Positions 14,156-25,391 of a stretch of 64,000 bases of DNA are shown here, in pieces. The notes under the pieces are model-generated. The model worked only from the letters and a program-made list of their open reading frames with translations, was not told the DNA's origin and did no database searches. The stretch is from Stegostoma tigrinum (Eukaryota): the NCBI RefSeq assembly GCF_030684315.1, contig NC_081358.1:39805979-39869978 (forward strand). The letters run 5' to 3'. Position 1 is the stretch's first letter. Each line of letters opens with the position of its first letter. The position numbers and the translations under genes were made by a program.

Positions 14156-17100
14156 TGGTGGTCATTTTACCCTGCTTCTACAGTCAATAATTAGTCATGT
14201 AGCTAATGTTTGAGAGTAGGTTCATGTTAATTTACACTGTTCCATTACAAGTGCACATTTGTGTCTTGTCAATTGGAACCAATTCAAGTTAATTTGTCAA
14301 GATTTATTTCCCCATAAAATTGTTTTTTTTTAAGAAAAGCTTCATTACTTGGGAGCAAAGTTTTTTCATGCCTTATTATTGACTTTTAAGATATAATGCA
14401 AGCATTTGTTGGTTCCTGACAGACATAAAAGGAAAATCATTATTTTTATCCCCTGAATTTTATCTTCTGCACCTGCCACAATTCCCCCACAGCCATTCTT
14501 CCCTCCCTACCTGAGCATAACGTGTATTGAATCTGCCAGTTTTAATACTGTTTATATTGTGTGACCATTGGAATCTAGAATTATTAATTCTAATGCATAA
14601 CAGGCACAGAAGACTTTGTTTATACTATGGATTACAATAGGCCACAGACTCCAACAGGAGCTATCAGCAGCAGGGAAGAAATTACCATCAATAGCAAGTT
14701 CAACACCCAAGGTACTTTTGAAGCATACTTGCTGCTGTGAGCTCAGAAAATATGCTGAATCTGCAATCTTTTGGTGTCGTGGAATAACAGGATTAAGTAT
14801 GGATAACATTAATAAAGTTTAATAATAGTGGCACAGACTGTTTAAGAAAGACAGGACTGGGTATAAAAGGAAGTGATGAACCTGTATTTGTCAGGAGCAC
14901 CTGAGAGGTTAATGATCTTTCGATGGGAGGTTGCATGTTGTAGAATGTATCAGTGTGATTAAATTTTGCAAAAAAGTCAAATTACAGTGAGAGTAGAATA
15001 TGCATTGGAGACTAGGATGGTACAAGAAAATGGTAGCTTGCTCCATGAAGAAATCACTTGCATTTGAAAGCTATTTTAAGGGGAGATGTCAGTCACTCTG
15101 TTGTGAGCTGAAAGAAGTCATGTGGTTTAGAGCCAGAGTAGGCAGGACGTAATGGATGGCTGTTGCTTGATATGCTTATGAGAATAAAGCCCTAAGAGGC
15201 AATGTTCATTATAATTTGGTATTCATAAAACTCTCAGAAACTAACACAAAGTGGAAGTTGTAGCACCCCTGGGTGACAGCAAGCACAGAATGTTAAAGTC
15301 TAGCACCAGGGAGGTTGGTGCTGAGTGTCAGGATCAGTTCCGTGAAATGAGGAAACAGATAATTTTAGAATGGATTTAAGGATATTCTTCTCATGCAAAC
15401 AGTAAGCAATGTGTTGTATTGACGTTCAAGTAGACTTGATAAAGGTTTGAATTAGGTTTCATATGATATAACAATGACTCTGTACTTAATTGGCTAGAAC
15501 ACACTTTGGGATTTCCTGTGATTGTGGAAAACACTATTTGAGTATTAAGGAATTATCTTTCTAATTGTTTAAAGGAGAACATTGAGGGGGAGATGTGGAG
15601 AAGCAAAGGAAGTGAATTCAGGGACTTGGCAACTATGTGCCTGAAGGCACAGCCACCAGTGTTTGGTCAAAGACAGTGTGGAAATGCACAAGAAAGCACA
15701 GGTGGAAGTTACAGATTTCTTGTTAAGTTGGAGGGATGGAGTAATTTGCAAATAAAAAAGGGGTGAGGCCACAGAGGGATTCACAACAGGATGAGGATTT
15801 TTAAAATCGAGGTACTGGTTCTTTGATGAAAGACCTAGTTCAGCATAAGATTGCAAAGCAGCTGCTGATGAACATCAGCAACTCTGATAAGCCCTCTTCT
15901 ACGGGCTGTGATGTGTATTAATGCTGTGCCTAGGAAGATGGTGGGAGTCCTTCCTTACAACTTTGGATCAGCTGTGATACTTACTGTCTGTTCAACTGAC
16001 AGTGCTGTTTGTGAAGAGATTCCTAGTATCTACTATCCACTGGGTATGGCCTCAAGGCTATGGTTGTCAATTGCCTGATGGTTGACCTGGCACTCTCCTC
16101 TTCTTGGGTGTCAAGAAGCAGCAAAATCAACAATAAGTTGCATTTATATGCCATATTCTATTATTAACCACCTTCTCCTTAAAAAAAATGTTTCACAGGC
16201 ACAGTATCAAAAAAAATTGAGAGAATTGACCAAAAGTTTGTTTTTCAAAGTGTTAGCTTTTAATGGTGAGAAAGAGGAGGGTTTCTGAGGTTTAGGAATA
16301 GAATTTTGGAATATGGCAGCCTAAGGCGCAGCCCCCATGGAGGGGTGTTGAAAATCGGGGATGTGCAGGAAACTCAAATTGGTGGAATACAGAGACAGGG
16401 TTTTGGTCAGTGGAGGATAGTAAACTCCTAACTGAATCGGATATATCTATATACTCCAAGGCAACCAGTGATAGCTTGATCAGGCAGTCTTAATCACAAA
16501 TGAAGCTACGTGGGTAGAGTTGTGGCCAAGGTTCTTCTCACTTGGCTGTAGATAATAATGCATGGAAATTACTGACCATCTATCCCAAATTTCATCAGCC
16601 AGGCAGTCTTTGTTTTGGCCTCAACAGTCATTCCATCTATTTTTAATTGAGAACAAACAGACTTTGGAACTGTGAAACATCATTGTTACTGAGATCAAAT
16701 CCTCCTCAAAACCGAGTCAGAAAGGAAACCATAAGTGTAGCAAACATGCAGGAGGAAATGGGATAAAGTTTTATTTGAAAACCAATTTTAAAAATTTCTT
16801 AACATTCAATGCACCCGAAACCTGTGCAGGAGCTGTTATCTTTTACTTTAAAAAAAATAAGCATTTGGTCAACAGTTTGGTTGGCAAAAACATGATTCAA
16901 TGTATTAAGGCAGAAATTTGTCTGGACAGTGGAGTGTTGTAAAGCCATTGCTTTAATTCAAACTTCTCACAATGAGTGGCCATAACCAGTGTGATACTGA
17001 TTTGATCTGCTCGGTGAGCCGTGAAAAACCCATACTGAAAGTGTGTGTAACAAATATTTGCAGCCTAAATTAATAGCTTAACAAAGATGACGAGCTTCTC

Positions 17101-18235
17101 TGCAGTATTTCTGTTCTGATCATTTATTATAGAACTTCTCATGATATATATGTGTACCTTTTTTAAAAAGCTATTTGGCTTGCTGATATTGGAAAGTTGA
17201 CAACTGGAAAGTAGTCTTGTGTTTATTTACAGTGTGGCTGCTGCAGGACAGAGTGTAGAGTATCGATTCGCGAATATAAGTTGCATGCTGTGCAGGACAT
17301 TTCTTAAATGACGATGACTTTTGCTCGCCACAGCTATTTTTGTTTTTCTTTAGCTAGGGAAGCATGTCCCTTCAGGTCTACTATCCAAGCTTGCAAAGAA
17401 TCAAACCATCTTGGCCAATCAAAGATCTGCCTGATGACCTTTATCTCTTATCTCACCATGATACATTTTGAAAGCGAGAGCTGGTGAGAGTCAGGATCAG
17501 GGGGTCCCTACTGTGGTGTGATGGAAGGTTTGAATCAAAGCAAATAGTGGCTCTTTGTACTTTTTTTCCACATGTCCTGCCAGCTTGCTGTATGGCTGCC
17601 ACAATGGAAACACAGGGAACAGCTTGATTTGCAGGGATTTACATGTGTGCTAATTAGAGTGGAATAAATGATTGGCTGCTCACTGCATTGCTGTAAAGGG
17701 TGCCCAGATGTACACGCTATGTGAACATAATGTGCACGGGCATGGCGCATCAAATTTTGTCAGCTGCATTACCTCAGCAGGCTTAGGGCCTGTCGGAGAG
17801 GATTTGCTGATAATCATCCCTGTGTTTCAGTACTTGACTTGGGAGGTGCAGAGGGGGAGGTGAAAAGAACCACTAAAGTTGTCAGCCTCTATCCCGAAAA
17901 AAAGCACAATTTTATAAGTCTTGATTAAATCTATGCAAAATGACAGAGAAATGTATACTGATAGTTAAGATGAAAGATTTACAGGGAGAGTGAATGTTAA
18001 ATTACTCGTTGACCATGATATTTCCACTTCGTACAAGGGGATATTTGTCAATTACAATCCCTTCTGTGTCTCACACTTGTATTTGCAAAGAACACAACAC
18101 AAATTTCTTGGCTTAACTATGTAATTTTTCTGTGTGTGCTGGTTCCTATTTAATTAGCATTTCAAATATGACAGCCATAGCATACTGTTTATCCCTCAGT
18201 TTGTACATACTCAGGTTTTTTTTGAAATGGACGGA

Positions 18236-19978
18236 CCTCCACTTCCTTCAGGATTTTCAATTCCCTGGCCCCTCAAACCTCATCTTCACCATGGACATCC
18301 AGACACTGTACACATGTACCCCCCACGTAGATGGCCTAAAAGCCCTCTGCTTTTTCCTCTCCTGCAGGCCCAACCAGACCACCTCCACCGACATCTACTG
18401 AATGGAACTTGTCTTTACCCTCAACAACTTTTCCTTTAACTCCTCGCACTTCCTACAAACTAAAGGGCTGGCTGTGGGCACCCGTATGGGTCCGAGCTCT
18501 GCCTGCCTGTTCGTAGGATACGTGGAATAGTCCCTTTTCCACTGATACACTGGCATCATCCCCTTCCTCTTCTTCTGCTACATTGATTGTATCACCGCTG
18601 CCTTGTGTTACCGCAGGAAGCTTGAGCAGTTCATCAACTTTACTAACACCTTTCACCCCAACCTCAAATTCACCTGGACCATCTCTGATACCTTCCTCCA
18701 TTTCCTGGATGTCTCTGCTTCCATAACCAGTAACTGTCTCAGTACTGACATCTATTTCAAACCCACAGCTAACTTGATTACACCTCGTCTCACCCAACCT
18801 CCTACAAGAATGCAATCTCTTACTCCCAATTGCTCTGCCTCCACCACGTCTGCTCCCAGGACAGAGCCTTCCACTCCCACTCGTGTCCGATGTCCTCCTA
18901 ATTCAAGGATTGCAACTTCCCCCTCTCTTGATTGAAAATGCCCTCAACTGCATCTCTTGCATTTCCCACACTTCTTCCCTAAAACCCCCTCCCCCCAACA
19001 AAAATAAATACTGAGTCTCCCTGGCTCTCACATACCACCCCACCAACCTCCGCATCCAGCGCATCACCCTCCACCATTTCTGCCACCATACAATCCAAAC
19101 CTACCACTAAAGAGAGATTCCCCTTTCCCACCCCTATTTGCTTTTCATAGGGACCACTCTCACTCTGCAACTCACTCGTCCACTACTCACTCCCCACTAA
19201 CTCCGCCACACCAGGCACCTTTCCCTGCAACTGCAGGAGATGTTACACATGTCCCTACACCTCTGTTCTCACCTCCATCTGAGGCCCAAGATAAACTTTC
19301 CATATCTGATAGGGGTTCACCTGTACATCCTCCAACCTGGTTTGCTGTATCCCTTGCTCCCGATATGGTCTCAGCTGTATTGGTGAGACCAGCATAGACT
19401 CAGTGACAGATTTGTGGAACATCTGTGCTCCATACACTATAATCAATACCTTCTGGTTGCCAACTATTTTAACTCCTCCTCTCTCCTCCCACTCCCTGGA
19501 TGACATGCCCATCCTGGGCCTCCTCCAGTGCCACAATGATGCCACATGCAAACTGGAGGAACAACACCTCATATTGTGCCTCAGGAGCCTACAACCTGTT
19601 GGCCTAATGTAGAATTCACCAGTTTCAAAATCTCCCTAACCCCAGTGTCATCCCATTTCCAACCCTCCCTCTCATACCCACCTCCTTGACATGACACTAC
19701 CTGTCCATCTCCTTCCATATCTATCTGCCACAACCTTCCCATTGACTAATCCCCACTACCCCTACCTGCATCCACCTATCACCACCCACCTACCTTCCCC
19801 AGGACCACCCCATTTACCTCTATCTATTCTCAGCTCCCTTTCCCCTTCCCGGTCCTGATGAAGGGTCTAGGCCTAAAACATTTACTGTCCTAATCCTCTG
19901 ATGCTGTCTGACCTGCTGTGTTTCTCCAGCTTCGTGCTGTTTTGACTCTGACTCCAGCATCTGCAGTTCTTGCTATCT
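18236..19978 (+). pseudogene. Decayed 5'-truncated PLE of the same lineage (RT C-half, GIY-YIG, 3'UTR, degenerate HHR at ~19855)
   Basis: Fragments LHFLQDFQFPGPSNLIFTMDIQTLY, LEQFINFTNTFHPNLKFTW and LEEQHLI, with stops and frameshifts. Terminal CTCCAGCATCTGCAGTTC. Confidence 0.9.
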
Positions 19979-20519
19979 TTTGCAATTGTTATTTTTCAAG
20001 TGACTGCCTATCATGTACAAAGTTTATAAATGCATGGTGATTATCTCCATTCAAAATAATGTTATGGAAAAATATTGTCATGTTGCCAATGTTGTCAAAT
20101 CAGTAATAAACTTTTAAAAGGCAAATTGAGATCGCAGTCTTCTGTTGTATCATTTGTTGCACAAATATTTCCTGTTTAATCTCCTCTATTTTTATTAATA
20201 AAAAAGCAGTTTTCTAAAGCTGGTATAAGGTAACTTTTAGTGGTGTCAACATGCCTCCAGTTGATCTGGAAGAAAAAAAAAGCTTTGCTAAAGAATTCGG
20301 TATATAACTAATTCAGCTGCTTGGCAGATTTATTAATCTCTTCTTGGTCCTTTTCATTGGTTGTAAAATGTATTGGGATGTCCCGAAGCTATAAAAGATG
20401 TTATGTAAATGCAAATTAATTAATTCATACTTGAAAGATGCCCTTCAGAATATGTCATACTCCTTGTCACAAAAATGACAAGGTTTTTTTTTGTTTTGGT
20501 TTCCATTTTGTTGTGTGTT

Positions 20520-20945
20520 AGCCATGGCTAAGTTGATGGCAGCTATTTAAAAAGCTGTAGGTTCAAGTCCTTATCCAGGTTTTAATGCTAAGCAATCTAA
20601 GCAGTCACTCCAGTGTAATGCTGTGCTGTCATTGGTGCAGTCTTTCACATGAGACTTTAAATTGAGGTGTCTGTCTGCCATCTTGGATAGATGTCAAAGA
20701 TATAAAAGACTATTATAAGAAGACCAGGAGAGTTATCTCATACCCTACTCAATATTTATCGCATAATCAATATCACAAACAGATTTTCTGCTCATTGTTG
20801 CTGTTCGTGGGAGATTGCTGTGTGTAAATTTGTTGCTCCATTTCCTACATTACAAGCAAGTCCCTACTTCAAAATTTTTTCATTGGCCATAAAACAGTTT
20901 TTGATAACCAGTGGTTATGAAACAAACTATATAAATGCAGGTTTT
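20520..20945 (+). mobile_element. Ancient DeuSINE (SacSINE1-like)
   Basis: GTCTTTCACATGAGACTTTAAATTGAGG...CAATATTTATC...GTGGGAGATTGCTGTGTGTAAATT...CTATATAAATGCA. Related pieces at ~4880-5210 (-), ~11350-11700 (-), ~12620-12780 (+) and ~40520-40815 (+). Confidence 0.6.
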
Positions 20946-20972
20946 TCTGAACTAAATGCCAAGATCAGTTGT

Positions 20973-21875
20973 ATCAGAGATAATGGGAACTGCAGATGCT
21001 GGAGAATTCCAAGATAATAAAATGTGAGGCTGGATGAACACAGCAGGCCAAGCAGCATCTCAGGAGCACAAAAGCTGACGTTTCGGGCCTAGACCCTTCT
21101 TCAGAGAGGGGGATGGGGAGAGGGAGCTGGAATAAATAGGGAGAGAGGGGGAGGCGGACCGAAGATGGAGAGTAAAGAAGATAGGTGGAGAGAGTATAGG
21201 TGGGGTGGTAGGGAGGGGATAGGTCAGTCCAGGGAAGACGGACAGGTCAAGGAGGTGGGATGGGGTTAGTAGGTAGCTGGGGGTGCGGCTTGGTGTGGGA
21301 GGAAGGGATGGGTGAGAGGAAGAACCGGTTAGGGAGGCAGAGACAGGTTGGACTGGTTTTGGGATGCAGTGGGTGGGGGTGAAGAGTTGGGCTGGTTGTG
21401 TGGTGCAGTGGGGGGAGGGGACGAACTAGGCTGGTTTAGGGATGCAGTAGGGGAAGGGGAGATTTTGAAACTGGTGAAGTCCACATTGATACCATATGGC
21501 TGCAGGGTTCCCAGGCGGAATATGAGTTGCTGTTCCTGCAACCTTCGGGTGGCATCATTGTGGCAGTGTAGGAGGCCCATGATGGACATGTCATCTAGAG
21601 AATGGGAGGGGGAGTGGAAATGGTTTGCGACTGGGAGGTGCAGTTGTTTGTTGCGAACTGAGCGAAGGTGTTCTGCAAAGCGGTCTCCAAGCCTCCGCTT
21701 GGTTTCCCCAATGTAGAGGAAGCCGCACCGGGTACAATGGATGCAGTATACCACATTGGCAGATGTGCAGGTGAACCTCTGCTTAATGTGGAATGTCATC
21801 TTGGGGCCTGCGATAGGGGTGAGGGAGGAGGTGTGGGGACAAGTGTAGCATTTCCTGCGGTTGCAGGGGAAGGTG
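20973..21875 (-). repeat. Inverted copy of the PLE 3' end (GIY-YIG region, 3'UTR, HHR and terminal tail)
   Basis: The minus-strand ORF 21329-21958 reproduces TFPCNRRKCYTC...SNLSLPP. The arm also carries ~40 nt of terminal tail (20973-21014) that the sense copy lacks. Confidence 0.95.
21077..21104 (-). ncRNA. Minimal hammerhead motif in the inverted arm
   Basis: Reverse complement reads CTGAAGAAGGGTCTAGGCCCGAAACGTC; the only change is at the variable N7 position. Confidence 0.78.
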
Positions 21876-21928
21876 TCAAGATAATAAAATGTGAGGCTGG
21901 ATGAACACAGCAGGCCAAGCAGCATCTC

Positions 21929-24900
21929 CGGACCAACCTCAGGGAATCTCTCTCCCATTGCAACTCTGTTGTAATCTCTTCGGCCTTGAAACTACTCGAC
22001 CATGTCCTGAAGCAAACCAGGTACCACAGCCACATCACCTTCCTCAGCACCTGCCTACGGAACCAGATCATCCCCAAGGGACTACAGTCCACATTTCAGC
22101 CTTCCCAATTTGGCCCCAACCGTGACCACCTCTACACCCAGAATATTCAGACCCTTGAGAAGCGTTTCTCCCTGCGAGTCCTGAAACAGACGCTTGCAGC
22201 CATGCGCCGGCACCTCCAGGCACTGCAATCCAGCCTGCCCCAGCTCAGAGCCTCCCTCTCCCAGACCTGCAAAGGACCTCTGCTGTTTTTTATCTTCCGC
22301 AGGATCCACAGACTGAACACCCAGTTCCACTCAGCTTTACTGGACACCAAAAATCGTAAGTACAACCAACTCACGGGCCCCTGCCACCCACAAGAGGATT
22401 CCTGCGCCTCCCAAATCCCGACTCTGTCCCTGCCCCTCCCCCACCATGCATCCGCCGCCATTGACCATGAGGACACGGCCGGAGACCCCACCGATGACGT
22501 CACATCCGCCTCCGCCGGCCACAGAACTTCCGGAACCGCTGCAGCAGTCACCACCTCCACATCCAGGTACAACACCCCACACACTACCCTCACCGCAGCT
22601 GCTGCCGCCCACCCCGATCCTCCAACCGCCGACGGAACCCCGCCCACGGCTGACGGAACCCCGCCCACGGCCGATGACCTCATCGCTCCGCCCGCAACCT
22701 CCACAGCCAGCAACCCCAGAGGAGACAGCCACACTCAGCCCTGCCGCATCTTCACCATCCCCCCAGACCTCCCACTGACTGAGGACGAATGGTCAGTCCT
22801 TAGCAAGGGGCTCACCTTTGTTCCCCTACAACCACACATCAACGAATACCAGTCACGGTTGGACATAGAGCAGTTTTTCCGCCGTCTTCGCCTCCATGCC
22901 TACTTCTTCAACCGGGAACCTAACCCTCCTTCCACTGACCCCTTCACCCGCTTCCAACACAAGTCCTCCTCCTGGACACCACCCCCAGGCCTCCTACCCT
23001 CCCTCAACCTCTTCATCTCCAACTGCCGTCGAGACATTAACCGCCTCAACCTCTCCACCCCTCTCACCCACTCCAACCTCTCCCCCGCAGAACGGGCAGC
23101 CCTCCGCTCCCTCTGCTCCAACCCCAACCTCACCATCAAACCCGCAGACAAGGGTGGCGCAGTGGTAGTATGGCACACTGACCTCTACATCGCCGAGGCC
23201 AGACGCCAACTCTCCGACACCACCTCCTACCGCCTCCTCGATCATGACCCCACACCCGAGCACCAAACCATCATCTCCAACACCATTCACGACCTCATCA
23301 CCTCAGGGGACCTCCCACCCACAGCCTCCAACCTCATTGTTCCCCAACCCCGCACGGCCCGTTTCTATCTCCTTCCCAAAATCCACAAACCTGCCTGCCC
23401 TGGTCGACACATCGTCTCAGCCTGCTCCTGCCCCACCGAACTCATCTCCACCTATCTGGACTCCATTTTCTCCCCTTTGGTCCAGGAACTCCCCACCTAT
23501 GTCCGTGACACCACCCACGCACTCCACCTCCTCCAGGACTTCCAATTCCCTGGCCCCCAACACCTCATATTCACCATGGACGTCCAGTCCCTGTACACCT
23601 GCATTCCGCATGGAGATGGCCTCAAGGCCCTCCGCTTCTTCCTGCCCCGCAGGCCCGACCAGTCCCCCTCCACCGACACTCTCATCTGCCTAGCTGAATT
23701 CGTCCTCACACTCAACAACTTGTCTTTTGACTCCTCCCACTTCCTACAGACTAAGGGGGTGGCCATGGGCACCCGCATGGGCCCCAGCTATGCCTGCCTC
23801 TTTGTAGGTTACGTGGAACAGTCCCTCTTCCGCACCTACACAGGCCCCAAACCCCACCTCTTCCTCCGGTACATTGATGACTGTATCGGCGCCGCCTCTT
23901 GCTCCCCAGAGGAGCTCGAACAGTTCATCCACTTCACCAACACCTTCCACCCCAACCTTCAGTTCACCTGGGCCATCTCCAGCACATCCCTCACCTTCCT
24001 GGACCTCTCAGTCTCCATCTCAGGCAACCAGCATGTAACTGATGTCCATTTCAAGCCCACCGACTCCCACAGCTACCTAGAATACACCTCCTCCCACCCA
24101 CCCTCCTGCAAAAATTCCATCCCCTATTCCCAATTCCTCCGCCTCCGCCGCATCTGCTCCCACGATAAGACATTCCACTCCCGCACATCCCAGATGTCCA
24201 AGTTCTTTAAGGACCGCAACTTTCCCCCCACAGTGATTGAGAACGCCCTTGACCGCGTCACCCCTATTTCCCGCAACACATCCCTCACACCCCGCCCCCG
24301 CCACAACCGCCCTAAGAGGATCCCCCTCGTTCTCACACACCACCCTACCAACCTCCGGATACAACGCATTATCCTCCGACACTTCCGCCATTTACAATCC
24401 GACCCCACCACCCAAGACATTTTTCCATCCCCTCCCCTGTCTGCTTTCCAGAGAGACCACTCTCTCCGTGACTCCCTTGTTCGCTCCACACTGCCCTCCA
24501 ACCCCACCACACCCGGCACCTTCCCCTGCAACCGCAGGAAATGCTACACTTGTCCCCTCACTTCCTCCCTCACCCCTATCGCAGGCCCCAAGATGACATT
24601 TCACATTAAGCAGAGGTTCACCTGCACATCTGCCAATGTGGTATACTGCATCCACTGTACCCGGTGCGGCTCCCTCTACATTGGGGAAACCAAGCGGAGG
24701 CTTGGAGACCGCTTTGCAGAACACCTCCGCTCAGTTCTCAACAAACAACTGCACCTCCCAGTCGCAAACCATTTCCACTCCCCCTCCCATTCTCGAGATG
24801 ACATGTCCATCATGGGCCTCCTGCACTGCCACAATGATGCCACCCGAAGGTTGCAGGAACAGCAACTCATATTCCGCCTGGGAACCCTGCAGCCATATGG

Positions 24901-25075
24901 TATCAATGTGGACTTCACCAGTTTCAAAATCTCCCCTTCCCCTACTGCATCCCTAAACCAGCCTAGTTCGTCCCCTCCCCCCACTGCACCACACAACCAG
25001 CCCAGCTTCCCGCGCCCCCCCACCCACCCACCCACTGCATCCCAAAACCAGTCCAACCTGTCTCTGCCTCCCTAA
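21929..25075 (+). CDS. PLE polyprotein: N-terminal domain, T/P/A-rich linker, reverse transcriptase, Cys-rich linker, GIY-YIG endonuclease (5'-truncated, no native ATG)
   Basis: The frame is open from the junction at 21929 (the ORF track starts at a TTG, 21986) to TAA at 25075. RT motifs: FTMDVQSLYT, QTKGVAMGTRMGPSYA, LRYIDD (YIDD at 23870-23881), FLDL. Linker CNRRKCYTC. Endonuclease NVVYCIHCTRCGSLYIGETKRRLGDRFAEH...EQQLIFRLGTLQPYGIN. Confidence 0.93.
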   Translation, partial: RTNLRESLSHCNSVVISSALKLLDHVLKQTRYHSHITFLSTCLRNQIIPKGLQSTFQPSQFGPNRDHLYTQNIQTLEKRFSLRVLKQTLAAMRRHLQALQSSLPQLRASLSQTCKGPLLFFIFRRIHRLNTQFHSALLDTKNRKYNQLTGPCHPQEDSCASQIPTLSLPLPHHASAAIDHEDTAGDPTDDVTSASAGHRTSGTAAAVTTSTSRYNTPHTTLTAAAAAHPDPPTADGTPPTADGTPPTADDLIAPPATSTASNPRGDSHTQPCRIFTIPPDLPLTEDEWSVLSKGLTFVPLQPHINEYQSRLDIEQFFRRLRLHAYFFNREPNPPSTDPFTRFQHKSSSWTPPPGLLPSLNLFISNCRRDINRLNLSTPLTHSNLSPAERAALRSLCSNPNLTIKPADKGGAVVVWHTDLYIAEARRQLSDTTSYRLLDHDPTPEHQTIISNTIHDLITSGDLPPTASNLIVPQPRTARFYLLPKIHKPACPGRHIVSACSCPTELISTYLDSIFSPLVQELPTYVRDTTHALHLLQDFQFPGPQHLIFTMDVQSLYTCIPHGDGLKALRFFLPRRPDQSPSTDTLICLAEFVLTLNNLSFDSSHFLQTKGVAMGTRMGPSYACLFVGYVEQSLFRTYTGPKPHLFLRYIDDCIGAASCSPEELEQFIHFTNTFHPNLQFTWAISSTSLTFLDLSVSISGNQHVTDVHFKPTDSHSYLEYTSSHPPSCKNSIPYSQFLRLRRICSHDKTFHSRTSQMSKFFKDRNFPPTVIENALDRVTPISRNTSLTPRPRHNRPKRIPLVLTHHPTNLRIQRIILRHFRHLQSDPTTQDIFPSPPLSAFQRDHSLRDSLVRSTLPSNPTTPGTFPCNRRKCYTCPLTSSLTPIAGPKMTFHIKQRFTCTSANVVYCIHCTRCGSLYIGETKRRLGDRFAEHLRSVLNKQLHLPVANHFHSPSHSRDDMSIMGLLHCHNDATRRLQEQQLIFRLGTLQPYGINVDFTSFKISPSPTASLNQPSSSPPPTAPHNQPSFPRPPTHPPTASQNQSNLSLPP

Positions 25076-25299
25076 CCGGTTCTTCCTCTCACCCATCCCT
25101 TCCTCCCACACCAAGCCGCACCCCCAGGTACCTACTAACCTCATCCCACCTCCTTGACCTGTCCGTCTTCCCTGGACTGACCTATCCCCTCCCTACCACC
25201 CCACCTATACTCTCTCCACCTATCTTCTTTACTCTCCATCTTCGGTCCGCCTCCCCCTCTCTCCCTATTTATTCCAGCTCCCTCTCCCCATCCCCCTCT

Positions 25300-25327
25300 C
25301 TGATGAAGGGTCTAGGCCCGAAACGTC
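25300..25327 (+). ncRNA. Minimal type I hammerhead ribozyme motif (tandem copy 1)
   Basis: CTGATGA-A-GGGT(CTAG)GCCC-GAAAC-GTC: conserved core boxes, a 4-bp stem II and palindromic ACGT at helix III. Confidence 0.8.
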
Positions 25328-25363
25328 CCTATTTATTCCAGCTCCCTCTCCCCATCCCCCTCT

Positions 25364-25391
25364 CTGATGAAGGGTCTAGGCCCGAAACGTC
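25364..25391 (+). ncRNA. Minimal type I hammerhead ribozyme motif (tandem copy 2)
   Basis: Identical 28-nt core, 64 nt downstream of copy 1. Confidence 0.82.

Noticed and set aside
21329-21958. 209-aa minus-strand ORF as a stand-alone GIY-YIG gene
   Set aside because: A chance fusion of junction sequence, the 52-nt terminus piece and the inverted arm; no promoter or expression evidence.
22082-25144. Many overlapping ORFs on both strands within the PLE
   Set aside because: By-products of the C-rich, stop-poor composition of the main ORF; no independent motifs.
25262-25391. CRISPR-like repeat
   Set aside because: Two adjacent identical units with no spacer, in a eukaryotic context with no cas genes.
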